Assembly (NCBI GenBank): GCA_043228905.1
Contig: JBHGNT010000003.1
Span: forward strand, 17,856,001 to 17,920,000
DNA from: Azolla caroliniana
Taxonomy: Eukaryota; Plantae; Polypodiophyta
Direction: 5' to 3'
Length of the DNA: 64,000 bases
Shown: positions 60,175 through 64,000 of the stretch, piece by piece
Layout of the letters: each line of letters begins with the position of its first letter
How positions within the stretch are numbered: position 1 is the stretch's first letter
Made by a program: the position numbers and the translations under genes
Notes under the pieces: model-generated
The model's database searches: none
Told to the model about the DNA's origin: nothing
What the model saw: only the letters and a program-made list of their open reading frames with translations

Positions 60175-62851
60175 TGTCGTGACATTTCCATGCTATGATG
60201 AGAAAATAACCTCTACCAATTTATATGAGCTTATTCAAATGTTTGTAAAAGGTTACATAAAGTGCGAGGCCTTGATGAATAGGAGCATGTGGGGGTTTAG
60301 GTGTCGTGAAGGATTTGCTTCACGATAGAAAAATAAACTAAAATATTGTATTGAATAAGATTCGAGAGATTTAAACCCACGACCTCACATACCAAACACA
60401 AGGCACATACCATTAGGCTAGGACATTTGTTCTTTTAAAGATATTTGTACTTATACCATGTATATTTTCATACATGAAAGCTCGAATGCGTGGGATGTCT
60501 ATCATGCATCACATGTAATGCATGAAAGCCAAATGGCGATCATGCATTTCATGCATGGCATGCATATGTTGTACCCTCACATGCATCATATGCATGGGGG
60601 CACCTATTTAAAGAGGGAAAGGGAAAAGAGTGAAGGGGAGAACATGAGACGAGGAATATTATTGTAATAGGAGGGACAAGCTATATTATTTTACAAGAAA
60701 TATTTTGTAATCATCTTCAAATATCAATACAAGTTATTTCCGTTTCTCCTCTTTCTTTGACAAGAAGCTTGGTGCTTACTTCCCGGATACACGATTTTCT
60801 TTTCGTTTTCTCTCGTACGCTGAGATCTTGTAAACAGTGGTGAACCCAACATGAAATGGGAAGTTAAGAGAGATGGAGAACCAACAAGCAGTCTTGGAGC
60901 CATGAATAAACCAATAAGTCATTGTAGAGCCACAAATCAATGTGGTGCTTCAAATGATTGAAAGAATGATGCAAAGCCAAGAATGTGCAACTGCTCTTCA
61001 ACGAATCAATCATGCTATTGACAAGATTGTAGAGAAAATAGGTCTCTTTGAAGGTAAAAATATAACTAAATTCTTACAAGTATATGTTACTAAGATGGGT
61101 AGTAAAGGATTAAATCAACATGATGTTCAAATGAATTTTGTGAGGATGGTTGAACTCCCTTTGAGAAATAGAGTCTCTGAACTCACAACAAGTTCTAATG
61201 ATTGGGTTGCATTTGAGCAAGCTTCATTAAATGAATACATGCTTGGTGATACAATCCGAGCATCAAGGAGGAGTTTCTTGGATTGGGTGGACAAAGAGGA
61301 CAAGAAGATTTCGGTGATGGATTTGTTGAAAGAGTTTGAAGCTCTTTATAATCAATTAACGATGACCGAAAGGACTCTTTTGGAACAAGAGAAGGTCATA
61401 TTATTCTTGAAGGTATCAGATCGATCCTATTGAGAAAAATTAGTTGCATTCCTTGAAGACTGGACTACACCCACTAGACTGTGTCTGATTGGAATCGAGT
61501 ACATGAAGCTTGCAACAAAATCAACAAAAGAGCCCAATGGTGTGAGGATCTTTCGATTGCCGGAGGTATGAAAGATGAAGTGAAGACAACCATCAAGGAG
61601 GATACTGGGAATCTGTCAACTATTTCCAAGGTACCCGAAACAGTGATGGACGATCTTATCAAAGGTATAAAATATCTTTCATTACATGTTGCAAAGCTAC
61701 AAGAAGAAAAATCCTCACAACCCCAAAAAGATTATGAAAGAAGATGCATATGGTGTGATAGCGTCGACCATTCAAGAGGTGGGTGTGATAACTATCAAGA
61801 AGCGATAGAAAGAGGGGTGATATTCTTCAAAGATGGTAAGATTCATTCTTCTGAAACTCGATTACCTCTCCGAACTAACTTTAGAAGAGGTGGTATGAGA
61901 AGGATCATCGAAGATGCAGAAATAACTAGGACACAAGCTGTCTATCAACCTACAACTACAATCATCCATGTTGGTGAAGGAGGATCTGAATCTGAATTTT
62001 GGCCGTGTATTTTGAAAGCTGCAAGAAAGGGTACAATCGAGTTTGAAAAGTTGAAGTCTGGAGGTGATGCTGTCCGAAGCAAAACTGGTTGGGAAGACCC
62101 AGTGGATGGCCTCTTAGCTTTCACGAAGGTTGCAACAACCCAAGCCCATGAAGTGATCATCGAAGAGAAACGGAAATGGGCGGAAAATGAAGATAACAAG
62201 AAGAGGGAGCTAAGAAGTGCTAAAAAGAGGTAGATAGAAAGTCCAAAAATGGTAAACCCTGACATTGAAAAAGGTAAGGATAAGAAGAGTCCCTCGTTCA
62301 AATTATTATCTGATATTGAAGCTTCAACTAATTTAAAAAAAGTATTGAAAGAAAGAATTTTAGATAGAAAAGTGGAACTTTCCTTGAGGGAACTTTTGGG
62401 CATAGCAAAAAAAGAATTTCATGATGCAATAATTGATGGAATTAAAAGAAAACGACAAAGTATTGAAGCCGCCGAAAATCTAGGAAGTGAAGTAAAGAAA
62501 GTAACGATGGAAGTCCTCAAAGGTGAACCAAGCTCTTCCATTGTTGGTACACAAGCTATTGCGACGACAACTTTTGAAGAGAAGCCGAAAGAGCTAAAAA
62601 GCTACTATCCTAAGAAACATTGGGCAAGAGCAACAATTGAGACACCTGTGAAGATTGAAAACCTTGAAGATCCGGTCGTGGCCTTAATTGACCACAGCTC
62701 AGAAATTAATCTAATTTCTTATGATATTTATAGAAAAGGCGGATGGCCAATGGAAACGAATCATGGGTGGACCGATCAACTTCATGGAGCTTGCCCAAAC
62801 ATCAAAGTCACCATTGGAGATGTGCTAATGGAGCAACATTTCTTTATCCAA
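60175..62851 (+). mobile_element. 5' part of a gypsy element: LTR 60175-60836, tRNA-Trp PBS 60838-60855, gag and protease
   Basis: PBS TGGTGAACCCAACATGAA resembles the complement of the plant tRNA-Trp 3' end (TGGTGAACCCGACGTGAA, recalled). gag FEGKNITKFL and CIWCDSVDHSRGGC. Protease VVALIDHSSEINLI. Confidence 0.82.
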
Positions 62852-64000
62852 TGTCAGGAATAGTACTAAAGCAGAGATGGAATTAGTACTAAGAAGAGTA
62901 GTACTATTAGTACTAAGAGGACGAGACTGCGTAAGATTCCCGAGAGAGGAAGTGAGAAGAGGAGAGAGAGAGATAAAGATGATGACAACAACTAATATAT
63001 TATGTGAAAAGATAAGTACAAAGCGGCTAAGAGGCTTAAGAATGGCGTTGAACTAATTTGGTTCAACATAATGCCTAGTGCCTTCTTTTATAGTGTTGTC
63101 AGGAGTAATCCTGAAACTTCTAGAATGTTCCAGAGAAATCTGGAATATACATTACTTTCTTATAATAAAACATAAATGAAAATAATATCCTATGAATTAC
63201 AATAGATGGTGTGATGGTCAAGAGCTTAGTGATACTGTCTGGGAGGCCATGATGCCGAAATACCTCACGCATGACTAGGGCGGCGGTTTCCTCGCTAGTG
63301 ATGGCCTTAGTACACGGAACAAAATGTGCCATTTTCGTATATCGATCGATGACGGTTAAGATAGCATCGAACCCCTACGAGACCGGCATTTCTGTGATAA
63401 AATCAAGACAAATAGAGTGTCACGGCTTACTTGGAATCGGTAAGGGTTCCAACAAGCCATATGGATGGTGTCGTGGCATTTTTGCTCGGCAACAAGCATC
63501 ACAGGTCCGAACGTAGTCGTCGACAAAACGGCGCATGTGGGGCCACCAAAAAGATCGCTGCACTAGCTCCAACGTCTTAGTACTACCGAAATGTCCTGCC
63601 GTATGGGTGTCGTGACAATGCTGGACGATTTGAAGGCGACAGGAGCAATCGGGGACATATACGCGCTTTTTAAAGAATAACAAACCATCATGATATTCGA
63701 ATTGTCGGTAGTCATTACCTGGTTGTTGAGACTGAGAACAAGATGCCCAAGAAGTATCAATGTGCGCCAGGATGTCTTGAGCAAAACTATCCGTCTTCAA
63801 GTTTGCACGTATGTCATCGGTAATCCGTGAATCCATCGGGGTGTGAAAAATCCGCGTTGTGTGCAATCGTGTTGGTCCCAAGATTACTTGCTTTTGATTA
63901 TCAAATGTTGGATCACCAGGACGAGGTGCAAGATATGAACCCCGTGATAGTGCATCTGCTTTTCCTTGCTGCTTCCCCGGTCGATATGTGATTTTGAAGT
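62852..64000 (-). mobile_element. second copy of the Tcn1-like chromovirus; 3' LTR truncated at ~63226 and fused to mid-integrase; continues beyond the window
   Basis: LTR TGTCAGGAATAGTACT as at 30997. Segment 63227-64000 matches 32336-33110. Confidence 0.92.

Overview
Plant nuclear DNA. A non-seed plant such as a fern is likely, inferred from the retrotransposon lineages present. Positions 1-46 kb and 56-64 kb are a deeply nested pile of transposons that can be resolved by matching LTRs and target-site duplications (TSDs). The pile holds several Ty1/copia elements and solo LTRs, a young Tcn1-like chromovirus (30997-36636), a non-chromoviral Ty3/gypsy with extra ORFs (13736-27422), a tRNA-Trp-primed gypsy (from 60175), and a 6.8-kb GGG-ended DNA transposon with a 4-bp TSD carrying RING- and FCP1-like cargo (6822-13659). 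The only host gene is a three-exon WRKY transcription factor (51748-53914). Three observations stand out. (1) The gypsy at 13736-27422 has no polypurine tract (PPT); an inverted copy of its primer-binding site (PBS), i.e. a tRNA 3' end ending in CCA, sits in that position, suggesting tRNA-primed plus-strand synthesis or a cis-encoded primer. (2) tRNA-like A/B boxes, spaced 43 nt apart, lie antisense in the U3 of three different gypsy LTR types. (3) The chromovirus has a Tf1-type self-priming PBS. All coordinates were read by eye and no database searches were run.
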